A stretch of 35,017 bases of DNA from an uncultured Methanosarcinales archaeon (GCA_964492935.1 CAZBLF010000011.1:1-35017); one strand, 5' to 3'. Positions 8,607 through 17,297 are shown, numbered from the stretch's first letter. The notes: a model not told the origin generated them from the sequence alone. Made by a program: numbers and translations.

Positions 8607-10373
8607 ATGCAAGATGAGTTTTGGTTCGACGAGGATCTTGTGCTTTCTAGTACAGGGAATGAGGTGAAATCTGCTAGTTTTCTAAAAGATTGGGAGTAGA
8701 AACTGCATCGAGAGGCGCTTTTTCTGAAAGTTACTGATGAAGAGGATGCGACTAAGATTTGGTTTAGGAGAGGTCAAAAGGGATGGAGTTTCGATTTTTC
8801 AGATTTCATCTCTGCTGACGGGATGGTGCCGACTAGGTCTGATTTGTTGATGTTCGCATCGTTGAAAGGATTTGCGCCGATGAGCGAAATTGTGAATGCT
8901 GAGCCGATGGAGATTGGTAGGAACTATCTTCGCGATCAGTTGGGAATTGATAGAGATCAGGATTATAGGCAGATCGGAGGCCGAAATAATGATTATTATC
9001 GGATAGAGGTTGAGGAGCGTCATGGGGCTTCTCAGGTCTACAAGCGAATGCTCAAAGGAGGAGGTAGAATGCACTGGTGGGTGTTTAACCATACGCTTAC
9101 CGGCAAACAGATTGTGGTGCCGACGCTTTCTCGGTTTGCTGAATTTCCGTTTAGTCTGAGATATGCAGACCAGGTTACCTTAGATAAGGGCCTTGATCTG
9201 ATTCGGAAGGTTAATTCCTGGGGAGACTATGAGCGTGAAAGGGCGTCGTTCGAGCAGGAGATGGGTGGAAGTACTGCTGTTGAACATATTGATCGGAGCA
9301 GACTAGAGGAGATACTGAGAGCGTTTGCACCTGAAGATTCGATTCGTGATTTCTTGCCGCAGGTCGAAAGGCATCTGGGCCCTTTGGAGGATGCGTCATC
9401 TGATCTCGACTTATGGTCTATGGACTCTGCTAGGAGAATATTTCTTAAGGATAGTTCTGTGGTGATTAAGCGCATTAGCAATGAAGATCGTGCGACGCGA
9501 GAATTTAGTTGCTTGAATGAGGCACAGCACGATGATTATTTGGGATCGTACCTTCCTGCACTTGCGATTCCAAAATTATTTTCCTATGGGAGGAGCTACT
9601 TTTTTGTGATGAAGGATTTGAGTGAGAAGATTGTTGAGATTCCTGAATATACGCTGAAGCATTTTGCGAAGATTAATGAGATGAATACTGATGTGCAACT
9701 TGATATTTATGATCGGGGAGACTTTAAATTATATCTGGCCGGGTTGCTGCATTGGCGAGGTAGATTATTGAAGGACTCGTTGCCTCAGCATCTCTTTACG
9801 ATGTCCTACATGCCCTTTCAGAAAGTTGAGGATCGTTTTGTCGAGGGAAGGCTGCCCGGACATGACTTGCGTGTAAGTGAGTTGCTGAGCGCGCACAACG
9901 ATGGAATCGATGTCTTGGAGGGACTTCCAGCGACAACGGTGTTAGGAGGAGATATGCAGCCGGATAATTTTGTATATACTCCAGGAACCGGAAATGGACA
10001 CATCCCTGTGAGGATGGTTGATTTTGGGAAGGCTGCGTTGGGGCCGGGAAGTCTTGACACGGTGCGCTTGGTAGATTATGCGCGTTTCTCTGGTAGCTCG
10101 GTTGAGGAATTTGATGCCTCAATGGTTGAGCAGATGAAAAAATACTTTGCGATTACTCATTATCTGAACCATGGGACTGCGCTACAAATGGATCTTTTTG
10201 AAAGGGAGATGAAAATCTTTAGAACGAGTGTTATTGTAGATGGAAGTCGGATGGGATCTTGGTTGGTGGGATCTGGTAAAGTGCAGCAGCCTGGAAAGAG
10301 GCAAGTGGTTGATACGGTGCTGCGGATGGGTGCTGAGTACGCAAAAGAACCGGGGAACTATTTATGGACCTAG
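8607..10373 (+). CDS. APH/choline-kinase-like phosphotransferase with an uncharacterised N-terminal domain; in-frame TAG at 8697-8699 (uninterrupted ORF 8823-10373)
   Basis: VVIK, RE, FVMKD, GGDMQPDN, VDFG kinase-fold motifs; frame continuous from ATG 8607 except for one TAG. Confidence 0.7.
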
Positions 10374-11653
10374 CAACTGATTTGGTGGATGCGGATAGGG
10401 TCTCGAGATGGTTGGAGTATGAGGAGTTTGATGCAAGGGTATTTCGGGGAGATAGTATTATTGATACTGATTATTTTGATTGGATGGCTGCTCATATGAA
10501 TCTACATATGAAATTACCTATTCCTGGGTGGGAACGCAGCTCGCATAGCTCTTGGAAGGAGCCGTCAGGAGATTTTTTTCAGACGGGCTATCACGAATTG
10601 AAGTGGTCTGATGCGCTGATGCTTGCCTCGCTTCGAGGGTATGGTCCGATTACTACTCTTCGAAATCAGGATGCTGAGGCAATTGATTTTAAACTTGGCA
10701 AAGAGATTCTTCAGTTTGATACCAAGACGCAGCGACCACCTCTTTCTAGTAATGGGAGCCATAGAATTCAATTTAATGAACATCAAGAGTGGGGAGCTTA
10801 CGCGATGAAAGGTCTTAATGACGGTAGTCGGATGTATCTGCTTGCGTTACATTCTCCCTTCTCCGGGGAGAAACTTTTTGTTCCCGTTCTGAGTAAGATG
10901 GGTAATGAACCTCTCTTGCCATTATCTGTGCGTTATCCGGAAATGCTTTCTCAGGAGGGAGCATTTGATATTATGGAGTGTGTGTTTCATCCTGAAGAAT
11001 TTGATGAGCGGCGTAGCTTCTTTGAACGTCCCTATGAGCGTGCCTCTCAGATTAGAGACCTCTCCCCTGCAGATTTGGAGATGGTTCTTGAACAGATTGC
11101 GCCCGAACATTGTGTGAGGGACTTTTTGCCTCAGCTGGAAGCGCGAATGGATCGCATCTCTGGCGTGTCCTTAGATTTGGATCCGTACTCGCAGGAGATT
11201 GCCTCCCGGGTTCAGTTCAGTGGAAGTAGTGCCGTTATTAAGATCATTAGGGACTCTACCCATGCTCAACGAGAATACTCACTCTTGCAGGCGGCACAAT
11301 CTGACGACTACTTGCAGCACTTTGTTCCTCGATTGCTTATTCCCGAGTTATTTTCCTATCATGGAAAAAATATGTTGGTGATGGAGGATGTTAGCTCGAA
11401 ACATGTTGAGATCCCTGAATTTGTGTACGAGCACTTCAGTCGTACCGATGAGCTAACTCCCGGATTAGACCTTAGCATTGAATCGCCTAGAGATTTTAAG
11501 GTGTATCTTGCTGCATTATTTCATTCTCGAGGCGAGGTGCTCAAGGCGAAACTTCCTGATTGTCTGTTTGCTCCCTCCTACCTTTCTTTTGATTTCGTTC
11601 GGGAACGGTATCCTGACTCAACCTTTACTGAATCGGAAGGTTCCCGACTGTAG
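10364..11653 (+). CDS. C-terminally truncated paralogue of the upstream kinase-like protein
   Basis: Shared blocks SD.LM.ASL.G, RDFLPQ, DLD..S, VIK, DDYL, IP.LFSY, DFK.YLA.L.H.RG; stops before the DxxxxN and DFG motifs. Confidence 0.75.
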   Translation: MDLATDLVDADRVSRWLEYEEFDARVFRGDSIIDTDYFDWMAAHMNLHMKLPIPGWERSSHSSWKEPSGDFFQTGYHELKWSDALMLASLRGYGPITTLRNQDAEAIDFKLGKEILQFDTKTQRPPLSSNGSHRIQFNEHQEWGAYAMKGLNDGSRMYLLALHSPFSGEKLFVPVLSKMGNEPLLPLSVRYPEMLSQEGAFDIMECVFHPEEFDERRSFFERPYERASQIRDLSPADLEMVLEQIAPEHCVRDFLPQLEARMDRISGVSLDLDPYSQEIASRVQFSGSSAVIKIIRDSTHAQREYSLLQAAQSDDYLQHFVPRLLIPELFSYHGKNMLVMEDVSSKHVEIPEFVYEHFSRTDELTPGLDLSIESPRDFKVYLAALFHSRGEVLKAKLPDCLFAPSYLSFDFVRERYPDSTFTESEGSRL

Positions 11654-11655
11654 TC

Positions 11656-12342
11656 TTACTCGTCTTTTATCTGTCTCGTCAGCCAATTCTTTTCTACTAC
11701 TTGAAATTCGCCCGGCTTTAGGTTGAGTTTTAGATTTCCGATCATGATTCTCTTTAGGAATTCTATTTTGTATCCTAATTTTGCGAAGAGTTTCTTGAGA
11801 ATGTGCTTTCTTCCTTCGTGGATGCTTAACGTGACTTTCCTGCCGTTGTGCTTGACATCGTAGGTATTTACGGTTTTTGCATCGATTTCTTCTCCGTCTT
11901 TAATGTTTTTGATGTGCTCTTCGGAGACTGCATTATTAAGGACTAATTCGTAGCGTTTTGTGATGTTGTATCGTGGATGGATGATCTTGTTTGCGAACTC
12001 TCCGTCGTTTGTGAGAATCATTAGGCCTTCTGAATCTTTATCAAGTCTTCCAATGGGGAAGATTCTTTTCGGGCAGTTTACCAAATCTACAATTGTTTTT
12101 GTTCTGGTGTCTTTTGCTGCTGATAGGATGCCGATGGGTTTGTTGACGAGAATGTAGATGCCTTTTTGTCTTATGATCTTTTTTCCGTTTACTTCGATGA
12201 TTGCCTTATTTGCTTCGGCAGAATCTCCTATCTTTGCGGTGACGCCATCTACCTTTACTTTGCCTTCCTTAATGAGGTCTTCGGCGTTTCGTCTAGAGCA
12301 GACTCCGGCGCGTGCAATTATTTTCTGTACTCTTTCTAACAT
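11656..12342 (-). CDS. RsuA/RluB-family rRNA pseudouridine synthase with S4 domain
   Basis: ERVQKIIARAGVCSRR, NKPIG, IFPIGRLDKDSEGL, HPRY, EGRKH. Confidence 0.93.
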   Translation of the reverse strand: MLERVQKIIARAGVCSRRNAEDLIKEGKVKVDGVTAKIGDSAEANKAIIEVNGKKIIRQKGIYILVNKPIGILSAAKDTRTKTIVDLVNCPKRIFPIGRLDKDSEGLMILTNDGEFANKIIHPRYNITKRYELVLNNAVSEEHIKNIKDGEEIDAKTVNTYDVKHNGRKVTLSIHEGRKHILKKLFAKLGYKIEFLKRIMIGNLKLNLKPGEFQVVEKNWLTRQIKDE

Positions 12343-12381
12343 GGTGCTTTAGAAGTCCGTTCGCTATTTAAAGTATGCAGT

Positions 12382-12696
12382 TTAGGCGTAAATTACTACT
12401 TTTAGCCTCATATATTCTGGGCTACTGATTAATCTTACACTGAACTTTCCGAATTGGTCTCCTAATTCGCCTAGTACGAAGCGTGCTGTGTCCTCTCTTC
12501 CTTTGCGGATGTTCTTCTTTGCGCGAGAGGGAACTACGATTGCAGGATATTCTTGATCATCCTCTCCCCTCAGTATCACTTCTAATTCCTTATCTGTGCG
12601 TCCTGCGTATTCAGCAGGATAGATTCCTCCCTGCTCTAGTCTTTGCTTGGGTGCATACTCTCCTAAACCCATCGCTTCTACATATCCTATTGCCAT
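12382..12696 (-). CDS. Hypothetical protein
   Basis: 104-aa ORF filling the gap, plausible composition; no recognised motif. Confidence 0.6.
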   Translation of the reverse strand: MAIGYVEAMGLGEYAPKQRLEQGGIYPAEYAGRTDKELEVILRGEDDQEYPAIVVPSRAKKNIRKGREDTARFVLGELGDQFGKFSVRLISSPEYMRLKVVIYA

Positions 12697-12719
12697 AGCC
12701 TTCCTATGTGCATCTTTCT

Positions 12720-13145
12720 TTAAAAATCAGTACTATTATTGTCTTTTTCGAGTTGTTTGCAGATAAGTTCATGCATTCTTGAGGCTGCGTAGAGTCCGAA
12801 TAATTTGTCTGGTGGTCCTCCTTTCTGTCCCGGTGAGTCAACAATTGCATTCCGCATTTTCATGCTTTTGCCGGAAAGATAGACATCGTAGTGCTTTGCG
12901 TCGGAGTCCCAATAGACCATATTTCGGAATCCTTGCTTTAAACCCTCCCACCCTCCTGGAAACGCCAATTTTTTTTCAATTAGGGGGGTTTGCTTTAGAA
13001 TATTCTGATAGCTTCTTTCGAAGAGGAGATAGACCCATAAACCCTGAAAGTGTGCATTATGCCTGGCATCATGGGTTGCTCCCGCCTTTGCGATATGTTG
13101 GATGTAGAGAGGGACTTGGATGTTTCTTTCTCCAACGTTTTTCAT
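12720..13145 (-). CDS. Hypothetical protein (frame stays open upstream to 13262; possible original start at 13241)
   Basis: 141-aa ORF; upstream in-frame codons read IDQDVFPLPTKRSIDLVIAEYEGGEENWFDQK. Confidence 0.6.
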   Translation of the reverse strand: MKNVGERNIQVPLYIQHIAKAGATHDARHNAHFQGLWVYLLFERSYQNILKQTPLIEKKLAFPGGWEGLKQGFRNMVYWDSDAKHYDVYLSGKSMKMRNAIVDSPGQKGGPPDKLFGLYAASRMHELICKQLEKDNNSTDF

Positions 13146-13277
13146 TTTCTGATCGAACCAGTTCTCTTCTCCACCCTCATATTCTGCGATTACTAGGTCT
13201 ATAGACCTTTTTGTAGGTAGGGGAAATACGTCTTGATCTATCTTTTTTTTTGAAGATTGAGCCTAGAATATAAAGTT

Positions 13278-13562
13278 TTAGCTAAAGGTGCCGTTAAAGG
13301 TCCAGGTGGTGTCTTGGTTGGCCTTTATCCAGTATCCTTTAGCGGCGGAGAGATTTGTTAGCGTGTTTAGATTAGCTCTTTTGTTGTCATACGATAACCA
13401 GCTGTTTTGGAAGGAAAATATCTTTGAGAAGGTTACATCGAAGGTGGTGTTAGAGGATACGGTGCAGCCATTGGTTGGTGTTGAACCGCACTCGGCTGCA
13501 GAAACGGATAGAGAGAAGACTACGCCAAGAACTAGTACTACGGCTAACTTGTTGATTGCCAT
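13278..13562 (-). CDS. Small secreted protein, possibly a remnant of a larger surface protein
   Basis: Signal peptide MAINKLAVVLVLGVVFSLSVSA, Cys pair CGSTPTNGC, C-terminal L..L...KGYWIK...W motif; TATA-like TTTATATA ~27 nt upstream. Confidence 0.6.
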   Translation of the reverse strand: MAINKLAVVLVLGVVFSLSVSAAECGSTPTNGCTVSSNTTFDVTFSKIFSFQNSWLSYDNKRANLNTLTNLSAAKGYWIKANQDTTWTFNGTFS

Positions 13563-13777
13563 CCCCCGATAAGCTAGTACTTTTTTGAGTATATAAAGAT
13601 TGTTGGTTTGCACCATACCCTTAGATAGTTTTTTCTTAGGGATAGTTATGGTGTACTTCCAAGGGAATGTATGTGTGCGGTAATTTTGAGAAGTATGGGA
13701 AACGTACGTAATTGTATTATTGTGTTGTTTGCGAGTTCAAAGATAAGTTTATAAACAAGTTCTTTTGCTTTTCGTGT

Positions 13778-14864
13778 ATGGATATTAAGCGTTCTTTGCT
13801 CGTTAGAAAGGGCCTTCTTATTGCTCTTATCTTGTATTTTTTCTTGTTGAGTATTGAATTAATGGGTACCAGCTTTAAGTTATTTGGTGGTGGTTTTGCG
13901 GAAACGCTTATTGCCCTCACCCAGAATCCCATTGTGGGTTTATTTATTGGTATTTTAGTGACGTCTATTGTTCAAAGTTCATCGGTGACAACGTCTGTTG
14001 TTGTTGGTTTAACGGCAGGTGGCGCTTTAACGATAGGGAATGCTATTCCTATTGTGATGGGGGCTAATATTGGGACGAGTATTACGACCTTTATTGTTTC
14101 TATAGCGCATATTGGGCATAAGGAGGAGTTTCGTAAAGCGTTTGCCGTTGCTACGGTGCATGACTTTTTTAATATCTTTATTGTGTTGTTGTTGTTTCCC
14201 TTGGAATTGACATTTCATTTCTTAGAAAAGGGTGCGATGTATTTTACTCAGTTCATGTTAGGGGGAAGTGTAGGGTTGACGTTCACGAGTCCTTTTAAGT
14301 TTATTATCAAGCCTGTTGCTCAATTGTTTGTTACTTTGTTGCAGTCTCCGGGTTTCTTGTTGATATTGGCATTGGCCATGTTGTTTATTTCTCTTCGCTC
14401 GTTTGTTAAGGTGTTGAGGCCGTTTGCTGAGACTGAATTTAAGCACATTTTGCATGATCATGTTTTTAGAACGCCATTACGTAGTTTTTGGTGGGGGGAT
14501 GTTGTTGACGGTTCTCGTTCAGAGCAGTTCGGTGAGTACTTCATTATTGGTTCCGATAGCGGGTTTAGGAATACTGCAGCTGGAGAGAATCTTTCCTTAT
14601 ATCTTAGGTGCTAATATTGGTACTACGGTTACTGCTTTACTTGCTGCTACAGTTACCGGAAGTTCAGCTGCGGTTACAGTTGGCTTAGTCCATTTCTTTT
14701 TTAACGTCCTCGGGTCTTTGATTGTGTATCCGATGAGGAGAATTCCTATTGCGTTGTCTAAGTTGTTGGCAGAGGCTTCTTTGAAGAATAGAATCTTTCC
14801 GATTACGTATGTGTGTTGTTTGTTCTTTATTCTGCCTGCATTAATTATTTACTTTTTTCGTTAG
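13778..14864 (+). pseudogene. Na+/phosphate cotransporter (NptA/SLC34 family), frameshifted at ~14486-14498
   Basis: Two QSSS...GANIGT repeats split across ORFs 13712-14614 and 14424-14864; frame switches at the T5-GGT-G6 run. Confidence 0.88.
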
Positions 14865-14872
14865 AAGAATTA

Positions 14873-15091
14873 TTATCTGAATCGTCCGAATCCAGTAGGG
14901 TTGGGGCGCTCTTCCTCTCTTTGACGAGTCTTGTAATATTCATTAAGCCGCTCTACAACACTGCCAGCAACGATAACGGTCGCGACTGTAGTAGCTATCA
15001 CTACCGCCTCTGTAGCCTTGAGCGCGGCGTAGAGATTGAAAGGCATTCCTTTTCCATTCTCTTCATGGTAAAGTGTATCATTTGTATCCAT
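14873..15091 (-). CDS. Small hypothetical protein with a hydrophobic segment
   Basis: 72-aa ORF with an upstream TTTATAAA-like box. Confidence 0.5.
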   Translation of the reverse strand: MDTNDTLYHEENGKGMPFNLYAALKATEAVVIATTVATVIVAGSVVERLNEYYKTRQREEERPNPTGFGRFR

Positions 15092-15176
15092 ATTCCAGAA
15101 TAATCTAGTTTTGTTTATAAAGATATCTTGCTCTACAAAAGAAAAATATAAATAGTTGCTTTACTTTGGTAAGAGT

Positions 15177-15479
15177 ATGGTAACTACACAAATTCTCGGA
15201 ACGGATGTTTTAACGGAACAAGGAAAGGAAACGGTAGAACAAGCAGTATCGGATTACTTGGTCAAGTATGATCGAGTGTTGGATGAAATTACGTCGGTGA
15301 TTGTGCATGTGAAGATGTACAACAAGGGCGGTTTGAAGAAGGAGTATGAGATTAAAGTACGATTAGATAGTCCTTCAGGTTTTTTTGAGAGTCATAAGAC
15401 TGAATGGAATTTGGGAAAGGCGTTGAAACTGGTGTTTGATGCGGTACTGCATGAGATTCAGCATAAGTTGCGGGTTTAG
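15177..15479 (+). CDS. Putative HPF/RaiA-like ribosome hibernation factor (solo domain)
   Basis: ~100 aa with a beta-alpha-beta-beta-beta-alpha pattern: VIVHVK...YEIKVRL...FES...EWNLGKALKLVFDAVLHEI. Confidence 0.6.
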   Translation: MVTTQILGTDVLTEQGKETVEQAVSDYLVKYDRVLDEITSVIVHVKMYNKGGLKKEYEIKVRLDSPSGFFESHKTEWNLGKALKLVFDAVLHEIQHKLRV

Positions 15480-16102
15480 CGGAAAGACATTGCTTTTTTT
15501 GCGTGTTTTGGATTGCTGAATCCAATTTCGCTCACCCATTTTGCTAGTTGACTCTTGCCATTGAGTTGAATTCTTACTTTTCCTTTGCCGATCTGATATG
15601 CTCCGAAATGGAATCCTCTCTTTCTAAGGATGGATATGAATTGGTCTTGTATGGGTGAAGGACAAATTTTCATTTCCAGTCTGGGATACAACGTTCCGTT
15701 GTTATTAGTTCTTACAACTGATCCGTCGGTGTCGAAGTATCCTCTTAAGACTGCAGCTGATAGACTAGAGGATAGGAATTTCTTCGGGATTACTGCATTG
15801 TCCCACTTCGGCGAAAGTTGTAATCCAATCTTATCGACAAGTAGATCGACTATCTTTCTATTGAACAGTAGCAGATCAACCGTATTCTCGTTTTTTCTGA
15901 ATCTCACTTTTGGAACTACTCCAAAGATTTGCTCGAAGAGCGCTAGGATGGGTTTAATATAGGATCTATCGTCTATGGAATTCAGAGTTATTTTTATTCT
16001 GTTTTGACCCGAAGAATGGGGATTCCGTCTGGAAATCGAACCGTCCCCGAGTAGAATTCCTACTAGTTCCGCCATTGATTCCCTATTATCGTTTGCACTC
16101 AT
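15476..16102 (-). CDS. Free-standing two-motif LAGLIDADG homing-endonuclease-like protein
   Basis: AELVGILLGDGSI and AVLRGYFDTDGSV motifs; EIGFSNPKH tail; no intein splice motifs. Confidence 0.88.
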   Translation of the reverse strand: MSANDNRESMAELVGILLGDGSISRRNPHSSGQNRIKITLNSIDDRSYIKPILALFEQIFGVVPKVRFRKNENTVDLLLFNRKIVDLLVDKIGLQLSPKWDNAVIPKKFLSSSLSAAVLRGYFDTDGSVVRTNNNGTLYPRLEMKICPSPIQDQFISILRKRGFHFGAYQIGKGKVRIQLNGKSQLAKWVSEIGFSNPKHAKKAMSFR

Positions 16103-16254
16103 TCTAAATCCAGCTCTTGTTTAGAATGTCGAATGATATAAAGGGTTTGGCTGCGGTTGGCAAGTGGCAAGTGAGAGTTGATTCTCTAGTCTTAGAGTCC
16201 TATGGATAAGAATTATTGAGTTACAGAGTGGACAAGTTGAATTGGCAAGTGAAT

Positions 16255-16286
16255 AGAAAAAAGGCTGCGACCGAAGTCGCAACCTT
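16255..16286 (-). terminator. Hairpin plus U-tract downstream of tRNA-iMet
   Basis: Minus strand AAGGTTGCGAC-TTCG-GTCGCAGCCTT-TTTT: 11-bp stem (one G-U), cUUCGg loop. Confidence 0.7.
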
Positions 16287-16292
16287 AAAAAG

Positions 16293-16405
16293 TAGCGGAG
16301 AGTGGATTTGAACCACTGACCTGAGGGTTCCTCAGAAGTACTTATGAGCCATCCGGTCTATATTGATTATAGATCTCCGGGCACTCCTGGCTGCCCTACT
16401 CCGCT
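16293..16405 (-). tRNA. tRNA-iMet(CAT) with two introns (24 nt at 29/30, 16351-16374; 14 nt at 37/38, 16329-16342)
   Basis: AGCGGAG/CTCCGCT acceptor with A1-U72, GGGC/GCCC D-stem, spliced GAGGG/CCCTC anticodon stem with three G-C pairs, TTCAAAT T-loop; mature length 75 nt; no encoded CCA. Confidence 0.93.
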
Positions 16406-16478
16406 ATGCTACTTTGGAACTGTATCTCTTTTATAAAAGTAGCGGAAAGTTAATATGTTGGCTTCTTTTACTGACTGT

Positions 16479-17150
16479 ATGGCTGAACCATTTTCTTTGC
16501 GGAGCGGGGCGGAGGTTATTCTGAAGTTTGATCACAATAAATTAAAATTTACGTGTTTGAAGGAATGCACTTCATGTTGTCATGACCATAAGATCCCGTT
16601 AAGTCCGTATGATATCCAATCGTTGTGTAAGCAATTGGGACTGAAAACGGATGCATTTATCGAAAAGTATACTTATTTTTCTCAGGATACCGAATTTCAG
16701 AACACTCTATCGTGTAACTTGAAATTAAGCGGGCCTTGTACATTATTGAATGATGATGGTTTGTGCTCTGTCTATGATTCACGGCCTTTTTTGTGTAGAT
16801 CGTATCCGGTCGGGGTGGTATTTGGGAAGGAGAAGAATTCTTATTATCTTCACGAGAAAACATGTCCTGGACTTGGCTGTGGTAAGAAAATGAACATTGG
16901 CGACTATTATCGGGCTTCAGTCAGCGAGGAACATGAAGCGTATCATCGGAAATGGATGGTCTTTAGAGATGTGCTTGCGAAATTGGAAATACCTCAGACT
17001 GAGGCGTATCAGAAACGCTTCATCAATATCTGCTATAATTTTGATGGGCCTGTTGTTGATTCTTATATTGAGCGTTTTGGATTGCAGGGAATGGAACGTT
17101 TGGATGCCGTGTACAAAATTGCTTCTTTGGTGTTGAAGAAGGGTGCTTAA
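16479..17150 (+). CDS. YkgJ-family (CxxCxxCC) cysteine-cluster protein
   Basis: FTCLKECTSCC, LSPYD, CTLL...CSVYDSRPFLCRSYP, CPGLG. Confidence 0.88.
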   Translation: MAEPFSLRSGAEVILKFDHNKLKFTCLKECTSCCHDHKIPLSPYDIQSLCKQLGLKTDAFIEKYTYFSQDTEFQNTLSCNLKLSGPCTLLNDDGLCSVYDSRPFLCRSYPVGVVFGKEKNSYYLHEKTCPGLGCGKKMNIGDYYRASVSEEHEAYHRKWMVFRDVLAKLEIPQTEAYQKRFINICYNFDGPVVDSYIERFGLQGMERLDAVYKIASLVLKKGA

Positions 17151-17191
17151 CGGCAAGCTTTTTATACACCGTTTCAATCCAGACTCTTCTT

Positions 17192-17297
17192 GCCGAGGTC
17201 GCATAATCTGGTATTGCGCAAGATTGCTAGGATTTTTATGAAAGCGTAAATATCTTGTTTCCTTCGGGATATGCGGGTTCAAATCCCACCCTCGGCG
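17192..17297 (+). tRNA. tRNA-Ser(GCT) with a 22-nt intron at 37/38 (17230-17251)
   Basis: GCCGAGG/CCTCGGC acceptor, G discriminator, CAAGA/TCTTG anticodon stem, long variable arm with TTCG loop, BHB helix TTGC/GTAA; TATA at ~17159; T-run downstream. Confidence 0.9.

Noticed and set aside
8697..8699. Genome-wide TAG reassignment
   Set aside because: TAG terminates conserved genes here at expected positions, and no core gene contains an internal TAG
12779..13204. 141-aa plus-strand ORF
   Set aside because: Shadow of the more protein-like minus-strand ORF
16150..16255. CRISPR array from the TGGCAAGTG repeats
   Set aside because: Repeats are only 9 bp, irregularly spaced, and no cas genes are present
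16917..17282. 121-aa minus-strand ORF
   Set aside because: Antisense to tRNA-Ser and the YkgJ gene; no motif
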